Origin: Stutzerimonas stutzeri
GTDB taxonomy: Bacteria > Pseudomonadota > Gammaproteobacteria > Pseudomonadales > Pseudomonadaceae
NCBI GenBank assembly: GCA_002339675.1
Contig: DDKB01000019.1
Coordinates: 28,876-92,875, forward strand
Direction of reading: 5' to 3'
Length of the DNA stretch: 64,000 nucleotides
The notes under the pieces were generated by a model that worked only from the letters and a program-made list of their open reading frames with translations, did no database searches and was not told the origin of the DNA. The position numbers were made by a program, and so were the translations under genes. Below are positions 62,258-64,000 of this stretch, one piece after another (position 1 is the stretch's first letter; every line of letters starts with the position of its first letter).

Positions 62258-62968
62258 ATGCAGGGGGGCGTGCTCGGTCTGTTGCTGCTGACGCTTGTCG
62301 CTACGTCGGGTCATGCGGACGAAAGGCTGGCTGCGGCGTGGGCGGGCGTTTATCGTCCACTTGAGGCGCGAGCCGAGACGCCCCTGGATGCGGGCTTCGA
62401 GGCGGAGGTGCTGGAGGGGCTGGCAACGCTGATGGGCGAGCGGGTGCAGCTCACCGGCCTGCCAGGAGCTGCGGTCTTGCGTATCGGCCAACTTGAGACG
62501 GGCAGCGCTTACTTCTCCAGCGATGTCTCGGCCCTGGCTGCCACTGACGGCGGGCCGGCCAATTGGCACGCACTGCGCGGCAGGCCGTTCTGTATCGCTG
62601 CCGGCCACCCTCACACGGAAACTATCAGGGCGCGCTTTGGCGGTGTCGCGCGTGAATACCCCAGTGCAGCCCAGGCGCTCGTCGGTCTGAAACTAGGCGA
62701 GTGCGCCGCGGTGGTCGGTGAACGCCTGTTGCTCGACCAGATTGCCGCCTTGCCGGAGTGGCGCCGTTACAATCGTCAGCTGCCGGCACTCGATCGGGCA
62801 GCGGTTACGTTGCGCATCGATGCAACGGATGCGGCGCTCGGTGACCGGATCAACTCGGTGATGACCAGCGCGGCGGGCCGGGAGCAAATGGACGCCATCA
62901 CACAGCACTGGATTGATGAGGTCGCCTTTCAGGCCTACGTGCTTGCCGATACGCTCGACTGCCACTGA
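62258..62968 (+). CDS. Periplasmic binding-protein-like protein
   Basis: Signal peptide MQGGVLGLLLLTLVATSGHA; GFEAEV, YPSAAQALVGLKLGECAAVV; ends in DCH. Confidence 0.65.
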   Translation: MQGGVLGLLLLTLVATSGHADERLAAAWAGVYRPLEARAETPLDAGFEAEVLEGLATLMGERVQLTGLPGAAVLRIGQLETGSAYFSSDVSALAATDGGPANWHALRGRPFCIAAGHPHTETIRARFGGVAREYPSAAQALVGLKLGECAAVVGERLLLDQIAALPEWRRYNRQLPALDRAAVTLRIDATDAALGDRINSVMTSAAGREQMDAITQHWIDEVAFQAYVLADTLDCH

Positions 62969-62991
62969 GCCCAACGGGCTGGTGCAGCGGA

Positions 62992-63609
62992 TCAGTGGGC
63001 TTCGTCGATCAGCGCCGGCAACGCCTTGGCCAGGCCTTCCAGCCGCAGAGGCGCACGAAGGTGACCGCGCAGGGCCGCATCCGGGCCGACCAACGCCAGG
63101 TTGCCGCTGTGGCTGACTGCGTAGCCGTCCTCCGCCTGCTGTGCGGGAACGAACGGTAGCCCAAGCGCATCGGACAGCCGTTGCAGCTGCGTGAGTTTGC
63201 CGGTGAAGCCTTTGAAGCCGGCGCGGTAGTAGGCCAGGTAGGTGCGCAGGACCCTGGGCGTGTCTCGCGCCGGGTCGGCACTGACCAGTACCACTTGCAG
63301 CTGCTGACGCGTATGGACGGGCAACTGCGCGAGCAGCCGGCGCATGTCGCTCAGGGTGGTCGGGCAGACGTCGGGGCAGTTTGTATAGCCGAAGAACAGC
63401 AGGTGCCAGCGGCCTTTGAATGTATCGGCGGTGACGCGCTGACCTTGCTCATCGACCAGCTGGAACGTCGGTAGCGGCCTTGCGCGGGGCAAGAGCAGAA
63501 GGTTGGCGTCGTCGAACAGGCTGTTGCGATCCGCAGCCTGTGAAACGGTGACAGCCAGCAGGCACAGCCAGGCAGCATGGCGTATTGCGCTCTTTGCCAG
63601 GCGGCGCAT
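62992..63609 (-). CDS. SCO1/SenC family copper chaperone
   Basis: FFGYTNCPDVCP, DPARDT, HS. Confidence 0.92.
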   Translation of the reverse strand: MRRLAKSAIRHAAWLCLLAVTVSQAADRNSLFDDANLLLLPRARPLPTFQLVDEQGQRVTADTFKGRWHLLFFGYTNCPDVCPTTLSDMRRLLAQLPVHTRQQLQVVLVSADPARDTPRVLRTYLAYYRAGFKGFTGKLTQLQRLSDALGLPFVPAQQAEDGYAVSHSGNLALVGPDAALRGHLRAPLRLEGLAKALPALIDEAH

Positions 63610-63610
63610 C

Positions 63611-64000
63611 CTAGCGTTCGTTCAGTTCGAAGGCGGTCAGGGTAAAAGTCGGAATGCCCATGTCCTGCAGCTTGCGCGAGCCGCCGAGCTCCGGCAGATC
63701 GATGATGGCCGCCGCTTCGTGGATATGCGCACCCATGCGACGCACCAGCTGTGCGGCGGCGACCAGCGTGCCGCCGGTAGCGATCAGGTCGTCCAGCAGC
63801 AGGACAGAGTCACCTTCACAGAGGCTGTCGGCATGGACTTCCAGGTGCGCTTCGCCGTATTCGGTGCGGTACGAGGCCGTCAGTACATCCGCCGGCAGCT
63901 TGCCTTGCTTGCGGAACAGGATCAGCGGGCGATTCAGCTCGTAGGCGATGATCGAGCCAATGATGAAGCCGCGGGCATCCAGGGCGCCGACGTGGGAAAA
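63611..64000 (-). CDS. apt: Adenine phosphoribosyltransferase (5' truncated by window)
   Basis: Read by hand: DARGFIIG...RKQGKLP...EYG...[11 protein letters not shown]...AFELNER*. Confidence 0.95.
   Translation of the reverse strand, partial: FSHVGALDARGFIIGSIIAYELNRPLILFRKQGKLPADVLTASYRTEYGEAHLEVHADSLCEGDSVLLLDDLIATGGTLVAAAQLVRRMGAHIHEAAAIIDLPELGGSRKLQDMGIPTFTLTAFELNER

Noticed and set aside
1..64000. CRISPR array or cas genes
   Set aside because: No regularly spaced direct repeats or Cas motifs noticed

Overview
Pseudomonas/Stutzerimonas-like chromosome window with two parts. (1) 1..22258 is the right-hand ~22 kb of a visibly lower-GC integrative anti-phage defence island. It ends at a 47-bp 3' fragment of tRNA-Pro(GGG) (att site) beside a P4-like integrase. 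In order it carries: a truncated SMI1/KNR4 (SUKH) gene; an uncharacterised coupled pair (His-Me/HNH nuclease with membrane hairpin, plus a coiled-coil membrane-anchored protein); BREX pglZ-brxL; Hachiman-type abpAB; a tandem DUF262 (GmrSD/TgvAB-like) pair; a frameshifted IS1182-family element; a HEPN(DUF4145)-Sel1-SEC-C protein; a 180-bp MITE with the same ends as the IS; and an RHH/RelE-ParE TA pair. A short related motif (consensus about YGWCYGCTTYYGGCC) recurs at the junctions between defence modules, and it is the insertion point of both the IS and the MITE. A decayed second integrase lies just outside the att site. (2) 23.4-64 kb is ordinary high-GC core genome: mtnA, gyrA, serC, pheA, hisC, tyrA-aroA, cmk, rpsA, folE, prmB, aroC, mtnBDC, alkA, speE, MATE, pdxB, dnaX, ybaB, recR, an ABC importer, SCO and partial apt. 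The best candidates for undescribed biology are the HNH-membrane/coiled-coil pair, the HEPN-Sel1-SEC-C gene and the junction motif. All family calls come from motif recognition by eye; no searches were run.
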